From: Rhynchobatus australiae
Taxonomy: Eukaryota
Length of the DNA: 64,000 nucleotides
NCBI GenBank assembly: GCA_034780895.1
Contig: JAUZTB010000068.1
Coordinates: forward strand, 21,472,673 to 21,536,672
Reading direction: 5' to 3'
Under the pieces are notes generated by a model that had not been told where the DNA came from, searched no databases, and saw only the letters and a program-made list of their open reading frames with translations. Shown here piece by piece: positions 25,953 through 38,610 of the stretch; positions within the stretch are counted from its first letter, which is position 1; every line of letters starts with the position of its first letter. The translations under genes and the position numbers were made by a program.

Positions 25953-26288
25953 TTGTATTGGTTTATTATTGTCACTTGTACCGAGGTACAGTGAAAAGCT
26001 TGTCTTACAAATCAATTGTACAGGTCCATTCATTATACAATGCCATTACATTGAGTTAGTACAGAGTGCATTGATGTAGTACAGGTTTAAAAAAAACAAT
26101 AACAGTATAGTGTAAAGTGTCCTAGCTACAAAGAAAGTGCAGTGCAATAAGGTGCAAGGTCACAACAAGGTAGATCACGAGGCCATAGTCCATCTCATTG
26201 AATAGGGGAACTGTTCAATAGTCTTATCACAGTGGGGTAGAAGCTGTCCTCAAGTCTGGTGGGATGAGCCCACAGGCTCCTGGATCAA
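25953..26288 (-). mobile_element. Rex1/Babar-clade LINE 3' end with 11-bp target-site duplication
   Basis: Reverse complement matches the 3' end of the 58064-59094 element (ggacagcttctaccccactg...gtacaagtgacaataataaac). Flanked by taaattgtttt at 25942-25952 and 26289-26299. Confidence 0.82.
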
Positions 26289-27409
26289 TAAATTGTTTTA
26301 CATTTGTCCTGTAAATTAGCAAGGAGCTTGCAGGACACAAGGTGTAATACTGTAATAAGAAAAGGGCAAAATGAGGGTTGGAGCAATGACAGCCTTGTTT
26401 GACTCTTATCTGTACCAGGATTAGGTTTGCAGATGGGACTATTCGTTAGATTCATGGCATCCAGGCCTTCAGATAACAAGCATAGAATGAAGGCAAATTC
26501 CTAAAGGACACCTTTTGAAGAGGATTTTCCATAACCCTTCTCAGTTGACAGTTAAAGGCTTCGATAATGTTGAAAAAGGTCATGTACAGTGAATTTTTCT
26601 TAGTTGTCATGCAGGGAAGATCACGCCCATTAAATCTCTTCATGCAGAGAATCCGCTTTATGACTCAGGGTGGAGCTCTTTAGCCACTGGAAGGTTGCAC
26701 TGACTTTCTCTGACAGACATCCAGGAGACTTCTGTAATTAACACCAGATGTGACTTTTTTTTTAAAAAAAGATGGTCACAATTGTGGAGGTCCTGGTGTG
26801 CTTTTCACTTCCCAGATGATGGCGATGAGTGTGAATTCATGCTCAGTTTATCCTCTGGGAAGTTTTAGAACTTCAGGGAGGTACCATCTACCCAGAGGCC
26901 TTGTTTAATCAGCTGGCATACGTTTCTTCAGCTTCGTATAGGACTGGGTAACTAATGAGTCTGGACAAGATTGTCCTTCACTCCATCTGAGGATGCACTG
27001 AGACCTAGTGCAAGTTGAGGAGTCCTTCAATGTGCTCCTTCCAGCTAGCATTGACAAAAAAAAAGAGACTTGTATTCTCTGATGGAACATAACTGCTACC
27101 CCCACCCCCCAGTCTCTAATGAGGACCAATGAAAAAGGCTATTTTTCAAATGGGAATACAATCTCAAGTTTTTAGCAAATTCTGGAATTAGAAGTATGAC
27201 CATGAGACAAAATATAGAAGGTGTAAATCTATTTCCTAACAGTGTGGCACAGGATGTTGCAGTTTTAGATGCTGGGCTGGAAGATCCAGCTGGGCTGCTG
27301 CACTTCTATATAAAGCATAATGTATGCCAATGTCTTTAAAGTGCCAGACAAAAACCATGAGTTTGCAATGCAAAGGAGAAATGAAACCATTCAAAAGAAT
27401 TCTAATTGA

Positions 27410-27590
27410 AAGAAAAACTACAGATGCTAGAAATCAGAAGCACAAATGCCAGAGGTACTAACCAGGTCAGACAGCATCTGCTTAGCAAGGAACTGTTTGC
27501 CTGGAAATACTCAGCAGGTCTATTAACAGAAGTGTCGACTCTTTCACTTCTCACAGATGTTGCCTGACCTACCGAGTTTTTGCATTATTT
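27410..27590. mobile_element. Penelope-derived short inverted element
   Basis: actacagatgctagaaatc...caggtcagacagcatctg pairs with cagatgttgcctgacct. Confidence 0.6.
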
Positions 27591-29259
27591 GTAAATTAAA
27601 AAATTAATTCTTGAAAAATTAAAGTGCAAATAGCAAAGTCAGCTTACAGCCAACCGTAGGATAGAAAAGCAAGGGCTGAAACATGTTGGCCATGTAGAGC
27701 TGTGAGCATTCAGCCACTCCCATCCAAGACTTACATGGACACATTACATGTCCAAGATGTGCTGAATGTCAGTTGATGCAGTCATTTTGTTCCATTGCTA
27801 GAATCTGCATAGTGTCTGATGACAAGAGCCCTGCCTTGCTGAAATTCACCCTTACACTGCAGAATCCACCTCTCTGATCCCTCACCAGTCAGACCAGACC
27901 TGGGCGAGAGGAGAAGATAGTTGCATTAAAATAGATGAAAAGAATAAATAATTTCAAATATTAATTGTTTTGTTTTTAATCAAATTTCAAAAAAAGTGTT
28001 TTTGAATCATCTCCAAAACTAAAAATTCAGGTTTTGACAGGAGACAAAACTCATCCTCAGCTTATTTTTTGTCAGAGCGTCAGGGCTTTCCAGGAGGTAG
28101 GGCCTCAGCTTTACACTGCCCGAGGCCTACCTGCTGGCAAAGCCTTGCTACAGCTCTTTCTTCTCTCAAGTGACCGCAGGCAGGAGTGTCTTGGACGCAA
28201 TACAGTCTCTACTCTGCCATCTTAAAGAGACAATTGAACACTTATGGTGTGTACTACTTGGTATAATTTTCTTGTCTTTTTAAATGTCTTTGTTTTTTTT
28301 GTGTGAGGTTACTACTTTCAAAGTGACAATTACTTCAGCCAGCTTTATCATTCATGGTTAGGCACAGGAGGAGATATTGAACCCAAAACCAGAGAAGCAT
28401 TTCTTGAATGGCATCTACAAGCATGCTCCTACACCATGACCAACGGCATCAATCACTCCTAATTGATACAATTATGGAATAAGTAGCCTTGCATGATGAA
28501 ATGTTACAATGATGTTTCTTTTTTTAAATGTATTATCTTTCCTTGCTAGTGAATATAGTTGACCACAACATTCTTCAGTGACTCATTTTTGTGATCAGTA
28601 AGAATACAACCAGATAAAAGGAATTACTACAATGTAAAATCAACTTTGAATATAATGAAAGGTTCAATTTTTAGAACATTTCTATTATATACGGAGTGAT
28701 ATATTACCACCCGTACTGCTGATACATACCAACTTGTCTACTCAGAATCAGTTCTCCAGAGTAGTTGCATCCTGCCAAACTTTCCATCTGTGTGAATACC
28801 AATCCTGGAACATCTGCACACAATGCAGAGCTCTTCAGAATTAACACGTTCTCAGTGTCATTCCAAGCTCATGTTTGTCAGTTTCCATCAGTGCCCCTGG
28901 GGATCTAGGATGGAGGGAGGCTGGCAAATATGAATCTTGAAATGGGGATAATCAAACAATCCGAATATGTTCCAGGTTACAAAAGGAAGACCCAGGAGTG
29001 CAGTACGATGCTACAAAATCATGACAACATTTTAAAACCACAAAGATACAGGACATTAGAACCCTAATAACCTAGGTGCTATGCAAGGTTCAAGGATAAA
29101 TTAGTGCGGCTCTATTCCAGCCTAGAATGAGCAGACAGCAGCCAATGAGGGGATTGGGGTTGGGATGTTGCTGGGGTAGCCAAAGAAATGGCTGTGTTTG
29201 GCCTGCGCTCCTGCCTGGCCAAAGTTCTCATCTGTTACTGTGCCAGAATCATACAGCAG

Positions 29260-29360
29260 GGAATCATACAGATGGCCTGTGACAACCATGAAACACACAT
29301 TTACATCAATTCCATTTTATTCTTCCCACATTCCCATCAACTCTCACTAAAATTTTGCAC
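29260..29360 (-). mobile_element. Partial V-SINE (HE1-like) 3' region
   Basis: ccattttattcttcccacattcccatcaactc resembles the reverse of the 3' half of the 37710-38045 SINE. Confidence 0.45.
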
Positions 29361-30369
29361 AATTCTAATGAAGGGTCCTCTCCTCACTAATGTTGCTTTA
29401 CCTGTGAGTGTTTTGAATTTCTGGCATCTGCAGTTTTGCTCCAATGACACAATTCCATCTTGAATTTCTTATTAAATTCTTAAGTTCCACCTTATGTTCT
29501 GTATACTCAGGTACCGAATGTTGCTATTATGCAGCTAATTAGAAACAAAACATCTATTTATTCTGCCATAACACACAGACAATGATTCAAACAGAACAAT
29601 TCTATGATAAAACACTAGATTAAATATTATGCACATAATAAACAATTACAAAATTATATTGATGTACAGATCAGTTTTGGGGCATGGTTAATGGTTGTTG
29701 AAAATTGGAAGTTGGAAATTGAATCACGCTTCATGGAAAAGAACTGCTTGCACTGTGACAGCAAGGTGCTTTCTTCTTGGAAGGACAACAGGACAAGTGG
29801 CCTCACTAAAATAGCTCCAATACAAAGGAACCATCATAGTTTTTGTGGGTATGCCTTTAAGTGTGACGAGCACACATATCAGATGTTCTTGAGCACATGC
29901 AGATGAACGTGGCACTATGCCATGGATACAACTCAAGCCGACTGCTGAACTCCATCTTACAACAAAAGTTGGTGACTGGCATTTTAGAAGATCTGGGTCC
30001 TTGTGGAACTCAATGAAGAATTTTGTTAGGCAAACTCGAATGAAGCACTTATTATTACGTTTAAATATCAAGTAATTAAAAGATATTACTTATCTGTTCA
30101 CCCCCTTGGAGGTCATAAAAGCTACACTATCTGACACCATGTGGTAATTTAGATGGAACTTCCAAATAATGATGCAAGATAAATAGGAGTTCAGGTAAAA
30201 AATTAAGTGCAGATAATAATTCTATAACCAATGGAAAGGGAATCAATAGAGCAAGTCAGAAATTGTGCAAAACATGACAACAGGCAAAGGAATATATAAT
30301 AGATACAAAGTAAAGAAAATTAGGAGAGCATTTCAAGAGGAAATTGTTATACAAGGGAGATTCAGGTTC

Positions 30370-30970
30370 AAGACTATAAATCAGTCTTTACAATTCAAGG
30401 AACAACTGAATGAATTTAAAATTTCCTCAATTTTAACTTGGACAGTAACTTACAGCCATGTCCCAGTTACGACAAACAAAAGTCAGAGTCTAGAACTGAA
30501 TATACTCAATAACGAGATCTACAGAAGAAATATGGTAAATGGGAGAAGTGTTGAAGACACAACATTGATGAATACTGATTTTAAATTCTGTATTGCATTT
30601 AAAAGCGATTGTATAACAAGCAAGCAAGCAGTGGCGATTTTAGTAGCATTAAAGATGCTAATAGAAACATCCTAGCAGAAATAGTTATGTTGCAGGATGC
30701 ATTAGGAAAAGCCTGAAGATGGTGTTATTAATGGATTATTTTAAAAAAAGGTTCAGCATTAGCAGAAGATGTTAAATTAGAATCTTGTTTGGTTATTGAC
30801 TTTTGTGCTCAGAATAGCCTTCTGCAACAACGCTTCCTTTGAGCCAACAAGAGAGCAAGTCATTTTAGATTGTTAATTTAAATGAACCAGATTTAGCTGG
30901 ACCCTAAACACCATGTTGATATCTACTAGCAATTATAATACAAGAGTTCAATGTTGCATTTGAAGGGAAG
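30370..30970 (+). mobile_element. Old CR1 APE-endonuclease fossil
   Basis: ELNILNNEIYRRNMVNGRS (ELNIPGY..FRRDR..GRGG-like), VLLMDYF (GDFN-like) and EPTREQVILD. Confidence 0.65.
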
Positions 30971-31822
30971 AAACAAGGCTCTACATTGACACTTTTTTCC
31001 AGTTTATGATGGCTACTGCTAATGCGCAAAATCAACAAGATCAGCGACAGGTATTCATCTTTGAATGCTGAATCTTGAACTCATCTTTAAAACTTGCATC
31101 AATGCAGAAGCAGTAGACACCCTGAAGTAACAAGAGCTCAACTTGGAAGGAAAACAGAATAACTATAGACCATTAAAAGGAATGAAGGACAGCTAATCCA
31201 GCAGAAAATGCATACTGAAAGGAAAAGTCTCTTTAGATTCCCACAAAAGGGAGAGGAGGCAAAGATGGAACCGGGTAATAAAATGAATGATAGGAGTTAC
31301 AACCTGAATATGAAAAATTGCAAGAAAAATTAAAAATATGGATACCAGAAAAAGACCATGGCTAATAACACAGGAGGTACATTAAAAACTGGTAATGGTG
31401 TTAATGCAAATGAGAGTAAGCAATGGCAACTCAAATGAACCAAATCTTATTGAAATGAAGGTGCTCTCTTACAGAAATGCATATTATTATAGGACTCCAA
31501 ATCCTTCAGCCAATCCCAAAGAAAAGTGATGTTAGCATAACTAATGAAACCAGAAACTTTGCTTATATAACTGAAAATACCACTTCAAGGTAAAAGCACT
31601 TTCAGCACATTTGCACAAGGGAAACCACATCTAGTTCTGTGAGTGCTGCCAGAGGCCAAAGAGGACACTNNNNNNNNNNNNNNNNNNNNNNNNNNNNNNN
31701 NNNNNNNNNNNNNNNNNNNNNNNNNNNNNNNNNNNNNNNNNNNNNNNNNNNNNNNNNNNNNNNNNNNNNCTCTTCTTACTCCCCCTCCCCCCCCAGCCCT
31801 TCTCTCTCTTATTTCCATTTCC

Positions 31823-31876
31823 ATGGAGCAGGCTCAATGGGCCGAATGGCCTTCTTCTGCTCCCTTATCTTGTGAA
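31823..31876 (+). mobile_element. CR1/HE1-type 3' tail
   Basis: atggagcaggctcaatgggccgaatggccttcttctgctcccttatcttgtga. Confidence 0.75.
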
Positions 31877-32699
31877 TACAATTATCCACTGATTTGGTGA
31901 TTACTCTAAACAAGTGGTGAGGAATATAACCAAGCTAGTAGAAATAGCAAGTCCTTTCGTTAGTTTATCATTCTTTGAGTTACAATAGCATTCAGTACAG
32001 TTTTAATATTTTGAGTCGGTTCTAAAGTTCATGATTACACTATGGTACATCAGGTTAGTTAATATTTTTATATTAAATTGTGTATGGGCACAAATACAGA
32101 GAGGAAACCAAGGGATCAGGCTTTAAATTTGAACATATTCACCAACAAATTGTAAACATTAAAATTTTCCCCAAATGCAATACCAAAGATGTATACATAT
32201 GCTCTCAAAGATATGCTCATGTCCTCAGCATTACAATAAGATTACACTTAAGGATTTATACAATAATCCACAATGACAAATTGCTTTGAAGTTCAAAAAA
32301 AATATTTTGTACCCAGTTATGGCATCGACTAAAAAATCTATTTTCTATCTTCTACCAGTCCTGCTCCACAACTACATACAAGGTTCACATTTTTTTTCCT
32401 TTCAGAGATCCTTGACCATGCTCAATGCCTTTCAGAAGCCAGGCTCCAAGTAAACTCACTGAAGTAGACTAGTTGTGGCACCAATTGAATTTTACTGACT
32501 TTTAGCAACACGCTCTGCCAGTATTCAATTAGATTTTTATTGGTTCATAATCATATCATAGTATCAAATCATATTATACATTAACCACTTCTTTCCAGTA
32601 ATTTGTTTAACATTTGATTGTATTATTGTTGAACCAGAGAATAAAAAATGATTGTACATACAGAAGAAAAATGGTTTACGACAATATCTTATACAATTC

Positions 32700-32950
32700 C
32701 CTCTCTATTGAAGTGGTAAGAAATAAAATACACCTTCAAAATGTCAAGACATTCCAAAGGGCATCATGTCACTGGTGCAAGGAATTGCAATGCCAAATCT
32801 GTGCAGGTGGGGCTTCAATTCAGCATATAAAAAGATAGCATTATCTAATATTGAGCAAGTCTGCGTGTCAAGTTCAAGAGCCAGAATGAAACTTGAACCC
32901 ATGGAATTCTGACTTGGAGGTGAGTGTGTTATGAGCCAAGGCTGACAATT
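32700..32950 (-). mobile_element. Decayed Deu-type tRNA-derived SINE
   Basis: Reverse B-box-like acttgaacccatg...ttctgact...tgagccaaggctgac at the right end. Confidence 0.45.
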
Positions 32951-35299
32951 TAACATGGGAAAGAGAGAGCATAGCAGAAGCAGGAAATACAGATGTGTGG
33001 CACAACTTTTATTTTGCAATTTATACTACATACAACACATGGGATTGAAGATGCACATCTAAATGAGCAGCTCACTCAAGTATTGCCACATCTGCATGCT
33101 AAACAGCTGACTTAATTCACAAAAAAATTCCATGTCCCGTGCACTAGGAAGTGTTCTTGGAGGTGCCCCTGATTGTCCGCTGTAACCCTGCCAGAGGTTT
33201 AAAAAAACCCAGCTGCATTTTTGTTTTACTTAGCTTCCCACCAATTTTGCAGTCAAGGATGATGTTAATTCGGAAATCCCCGGTAATCACGGCCTACTTC
33301 ATGCCATTCAGAGAGCATTATGAATGGAACAAGGACACACTCAGCAGAAAAGATGAATTTTCTGTAAATCCATGAACGAACTCAGAAGAAATTGACAATA
33401 GTAGCCAGTGTCATTTTCCACATGCTGATGCATTTAATATTATTTTTCACCCACCCTTACTGTACTGGTCTCAATACAACACTGAGATCTTTTTTGTCAC
33501 AATACACACAGACCTCTACTCCAGTAAGACACATATTTGAACTTTAAGAAGCTGCAGAAAGCCTTATCACTTATTTATCCAAGGACTTCATGCATTGACC
33601 TATTTGCAGTTCAACTTGTCATTTATTAATTTCCAGAATTGACTTCAGGCTGGGTACATTACAGGCAACTTCCAACTCAAACTTTTCAAAATGCAACAAA
33701 ACAATGGAGATGTGCCACAGAGCTTTGTCACACTGTGGGAAATCAAATGAAGATGATAGCCTCGTTATGTAAGACACACCTTTTATTTCAAGTGAAGTAT
33801 AAACTGCTATTGAAATATTAACATCATAGTTCTTTCCCATCATGCGTGATAACTCTGTGCACAATAGGAACAAAGGAGGTGGTCTCAGGCTTTTGCTGTA
33901 GATAGTGGAGCTATTTAGAGTGGTGGAACACACAATATTGGCAACTCCAAATCTTCAAAATTTAAAAGTTTGATTATGTAGGATCACATAAGACCACAGA
34001 TTCATGTGCAAAACTTAGCAGGCACTAGTGATGGTCAAGATTTACATCAGGGTGGTTATGTTAGTGAGATGAGATAATTGCAGTTAATTTTATTTCACAG
34101 AATGTTATTTCTTAAACTCAAAGAATTCCTAGTCTGACAAATCATCTGTCTACATGAGCTCATTACATGAGAAAAAAAACAGAAAAAACTGAATTTCATA
34201 AAGTAAATTATGTTTACAAAATAAAAAAACAAGAAAATGCATCTATATCTATAGCATAGAAAGGTACCATTAAGGTTTTATCCATTGCAATTACCCAAAG
34301 GATTTGGGAATGATGGTTAACCATACATAGTGTACTGTCCACATGAGCAAGTCAAAAAGAATTGTGGAGTACAGAAGGAGACCATATACAAGTAAAAAAA
34401 AAATCAGATACTGGAATGTAATTAGTGATGAGAGCAGTTCTCACATTTGGTGATCAGTAATCATCACCTTTTATCAGTGNNNNNNNNNNNNNNNNNNNNN
34501 NNNNNNNNNNNNNNNNNNNNNNNNNNNNNNNNNNNNNNNNNNNNNNNNNNNNNNNNNNNNNNNNNNNNNNNNNNNNNNNNNNNNNNNNNNNNNNNNNNNN
34601 NNNNNNNNNNNNNNNNNNNNNNNNNNNNNNNNNNNNNNNNNNNNNNNNNNNNNNNNNNNNNNNNNNNNNNNNNNNNNNNNNNNNNNNNNNNNNNNNNNNN
34701 NNNNNNNNNNNNNNNNNNNNNNNNNNNNNNNNNNNNNNNNNNNNNNNNNNNNNNNNNNNNNNNNNNNNNNNNNNNNNNNNNNNNNNNNNNNNNNNNNNNN
34801 NNNNNNNNNNNNNNNNNNNNNNNNNNNNNNNNNNNNNNNNNNNNNNNNNNNNNNNNNNNNNNNNNNNNNNNNNNNNNNNNNNNNNNNNNNNNNNNNNNNN
34901 NNNNNNNNNNNNNNNNGAGAGGAAATCCCAAGTAGTTTAACCTTGGGACCCAACAGAACCATGAAGACCTCTCATGCGTTGTTCCTATATTGGGAATTTA
35001 TAAATTTCAAATTGTCAAATCAGCTATTCACCACCACCAAGAAACCTGCAAAAAAAAAGTGCCCCACTGCCCTCTCTCAAGAATGACCTAAATATTTAGA
35101 AAAACTCAAAGTAGAATACTTCCAACCCTTAGATCAAGAATGTCCAAACTTTGGATCATAGTCCATATCTAGTCCCTGTAAACATCACAGAAAACAACTG
35201 CTCTTCACTTATTTGTTGCTTTACCCTATTTCCATTTCTTGAAGGGGCGGGAGAGAGGAAGAAAGACTTTAGACAGACTATTCTTGGCACATGTTCTAC

Positions 35300-35620
35300 C
35301 AAGAAAAGGTTCTCAAAAGGTGTACTGAGCAATAAAATTAATAAGCACAGATCACACAAATTATTTCTGTGGCAGAGAAAACTGATGGGAGATATGATTC
35401 AGGTCTTAAAAAAAGAACTCAAAAACATGGATGTGGAATGAAAAAGCACAAAGTGGGAGAACATGCAAAATTTGCGTGCTCTAAGCAATTATTTTAAGTG
35501 ATTGAATACGCTAAACAAACAAAGGAGAAAGGATCTAAGAGAGGTGGTAACTGTTAATTTAAAAAGAATACCTGGATCAAAATACATCCCAATTAATCTT
35601 CTAGGCATGGTCCAGACAAA
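35300..35620 (+). mobile_element. Old CR1 C-terminal fragment
   Basis: ORF 35151-35441 contains LFLWQRKLMGDMIQVLK (CR1 RRLRGDLIEVFK-like). Confidence 0.55.
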
Positions 35621-36049
35621 TAATGAGGCAAACATACTGTTAAGAACTAGACAGGAGTGAGATCGTACAACTATTTTGTACCATGCCAATAGTCCAGAGT
35701 AATTCACGACAATATTGTTACTGATTTTATCACACATGATTTAGCATGAGTTTGCACTGGCTCAATTAATTCTCCTCCTCAGTGCTCTATGGTCTACTGA
35801 TCAACAGAATGCTGGTCCATTCATGCCTTTGGCTGTTGTCTGGAATTAAATAAATAGTATTTTCCTTAACCCATTCAGTTGTACCTCAAATAAGCAAACT
35901 ATAATGCTCAATTTTAAAAACAGTTCAAGTATTTTCAGATGCAATGGATAATTAACATATTTTATGACAAAGTACAATGGAAAGCAATAATTAAAATATT
36001 TTTATTGCATCTTTCGTGATCTCATGTTCCTCCAAAAGAACTTTGAAGA

Positions 36050-36355
36050 ACTCCCAAGTATCATTGCTATTATAGTGCCAGAAATGGGGCAATCAAATTG
36101 CACACAGCAAGGTCCCACAAAAAGCAAGATGTCTAGATAATACACTTTAGTGAGATTGGTTGAGGAATATTGGCTATGAAACAAGAACTGCTAAACTCTC
36201 AGTTGTGTATGGGGATTTTACTATATCCTCAAAGTTTTATATCTCAATTGAAACAACGCTCCACTAAAAATAAGCACTCCTTCAATAAAGTATTGAGCCA
36301 ACCACCTAGATTTTCTGCTTAACCCTAGAACCCATGACCTTCTAACACAGAAGAG
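36050..36355 (-). mobile_element. Decayed Deu-type SINE
   Basis: ttgcacacagcaaggtcccacaaa...gattggttgaggaatattggc...cctagattttctgctt...gaacccatgaccttct; homologous to 2600-2840. Confidence 0.55.
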
Positions 36356-37709
36356 AATTGTGAAATTTTAGGTCATGTTAATTTTCAGCTAATTACTATG
36401 TTTGGTAGAGAAATACAAATTTTGGTTCAAACAGTACTCCCGATACAATTGAATCTGTGCTTTATAAATTTCTCAACACCAGTCCACTAGCAATTAAAAA
36501 TGGAAGCCATAATCAGTGAAATAAAATTCACCAAACAAACCCCAGCAGGAATTTTTCCACAAGAAGGTTGTATGGTGATAGAAAGGAATTTCTGGCTAAT
36601 TCCCACTAGTTCTCCAGCTACCTCACTGGAGAACACTGATCAAATCCTTGGACTGCATTATCTGCATTTCCCAAAAATACATGAGGTGTTTTACTGACTG
36701 CACCCCAGTTTACTTTTGGCAACTGAGCAACTTATGACTTCCACAAACAGAACTGAAGGGAAGCTCCTTTCTCATACATTTGAATTGATGATCCCACCTT
36801 TATCAAACTCCCAAACTGCTGTTAAGTAACCCAAAATATAATTTTACAGAATACTTACATTAAGCTTTTACAGTATCTATAAACACTAACAACAATCTAA
36901 CACTTAGAGCTTCTTTACTATGGCGAAACAAAATCATGCACAAGTTGAACATGGTTGTCAAATACAAATACTGCATCTCTACTAAACATCACTATTGGGC
37001 AAAACCATTAAATATAATTTTTACTGTACTGAAAGAAAAAAATTAGAGTTCAAGTGCTTAGATCGACCAATATCATTGCATATTAAACCAAAGTTAAACT
37101 CCACATCATTTCACTTTCCTGGCTACCAAGTGATACCACCCAACCCATGTACCAACAGCCATGCAAAAATACAAATTGCAGCTGATACAGGTACTGCACA
37201 ATCAAGGATAACAAAAAAAAAGAATTGATATCTAATGGAAGGCATTTAGCAAGGAGGAAAGAAAATTTAAATGTTAAAATGAGATGGGAAGTTTGTGACC
37301 TTTGCTCCCACTGAAATAAGAATTGTTTAGCACATGAGAAAGATTCTTTTTAGTCCTGTATATTGTGCTGAGCAATGGTCATGGAAACTGCCTCAAGATT
37401 TTTAAATACAAATTGGATATTCCTGGAAGTAATCCAGTTGAAAATTATATGATAGTCATGGTTCTAAGATCAAATTGGCTGCATAGGCATATAAAAACTG
37501 AATTGATCCCCAATACTTAATTAAACCCTTGAATATTAATGCTTAATGGAATACTTGTACACAATGCAACATTAATTGCCATTCATCTATACAAGCACAA
37601 GATACTAGGCATAGTAAATAACAAACAAATCTTTAAAACTAAAAGAACAAATGAACCAAATAGGGAAAAGAATGCATATTGCAAATTCTCTTATAAATTC
37701 TCTCCTGCA

Positions 37710-38045
37710 AGGGCAACAGTTAATGTTGCTGCTGCCTCATAATCCCAGGGACCCATGGTTGGATCCAACCTTGTGCAGAATTTGCATCATCTTTCTATGA
37801 CAATGTGGATTTCCTCTGGATACTTCAGTTCCCTCCCACATCCTAAAGATACAATGATAGGCTAATCGGCTACTGTGAATTACTGTGATTTATACATCAA
37901 ATGGGTAAAAAGAATGAAGGGGGAGTTGAGGAACATGAGAGAGAAGCAGTTGCAGGGAAATAAGAAGAATGGGAACAAACTAGATTGTTCTCCTGGGACT
38001 CATTATGGACCTGATGATGATCCCAGTTATCTCCTTTTCTGCCCT
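37710..38045 (+). mobile_element. V-SINE (HE1-like) tRNA-derived SINE
   Basis: tRNA-like head gctgcctcataatcccagggaccc, then a V-domain-like block gaatttgcat...tgtggatttcctctggatacttcagttccctcccacatcctaaaga, then a CR1-like tail. Confidence 0.7.
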
Positions 38046-38079
38046 CAGAAATTCTGCTTGTACACCTGGTCTTTGGGAA

Positions 38080-38610
38080 AAAGCAAAAAAAAATCCCGGA
38101 AAACACTCAGCAGGTCAAGCATCAGTAGAAGGGGAAGGTAACATTTCAGGTCAAGGTCCTCTGTCATAAGTAGGAAAGAGAAAAACAAGTTAGTTAATTT
38201 TAAATTGCAGAAAAGGTGAGAAAGCTTTTCCATTGCTCCTGTGCATACATGTATGTTTGGATATGACAATGAACTTGACTTTTTTTTGACAAAACAGCAT
38301 TTTTTTAAAAAAAGTATAATTATGGGCTGTAGGACATGTCCAGCAAGTCAGCCTGTGCAACTGGAGTGAAGGGAAAAAAATTGGACCTATACTACAGATG
38401 GATAAGTGATATCGAGAGAAAATAAGTTACCTGAAGTTTTAGAATTCAGAGTCTGGAGGCTGCAATGTGCCCAGATGGAAGATGAAGTGCCATTACTCAA
38501 GCTTCATTACAACACTGCATGGGGCCACAGACAGTTAGGTCAGATTGGGAGTGGGATGGATAATTAAAGTGGCAGGCAACAGGGTGCTCGGAATTGCCCC
38601 TGCAGAGTGC
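38080..38610 (-). mobile_element. Penelope-like element fragment (GIY-YIG C-terminus plus terminal repeat)
   Basis: Minus strand 38425-38605 reads HPVACHFNYPSHSQSDLTVCG...HFIFHLGTLQP. Terminal repeat cactcagcaggtcaagcatc at ~38105. Confidence 0.8.

Larger units (their letters stand above)
24935..27050 (-). mobile_element. RTE-clade LINE, decayed, interrupted by two younger insertions
   Basis: Minus-strand motifs WKEHIEGLLN (~27030), LYMTFFNIIEAF (AFxDLxKAFD-like, ~26580), RVKQGC (~26400), HIICMPD..L.KQI (~25400) and the C-terminal CG..C...I...SHLRTH (~24950). Confidence 0.8.

Noticed and set aside
28700-28815. Minus-strand frame ending ...ELILSRQVGMYQ, resembling the end of the next SRBD1 exon (GVGMYQ)
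   Set aside because: Only five residues match; the conserved SIARRVQDPLAELVKI part is absent and there is no donor after MYQ.
30265-30675. 136-aa ORF as a possible host gene
   Set aside because: Explained by a decayed CR1 endonuclease.
1941-34962. Long X-rich ORFs in the ORF track (e.g. 1950-2513, 11626-12231, 21643-22281, 34447-34935)
   Set aside because: Artefacts of N gaps being read without stop codons.
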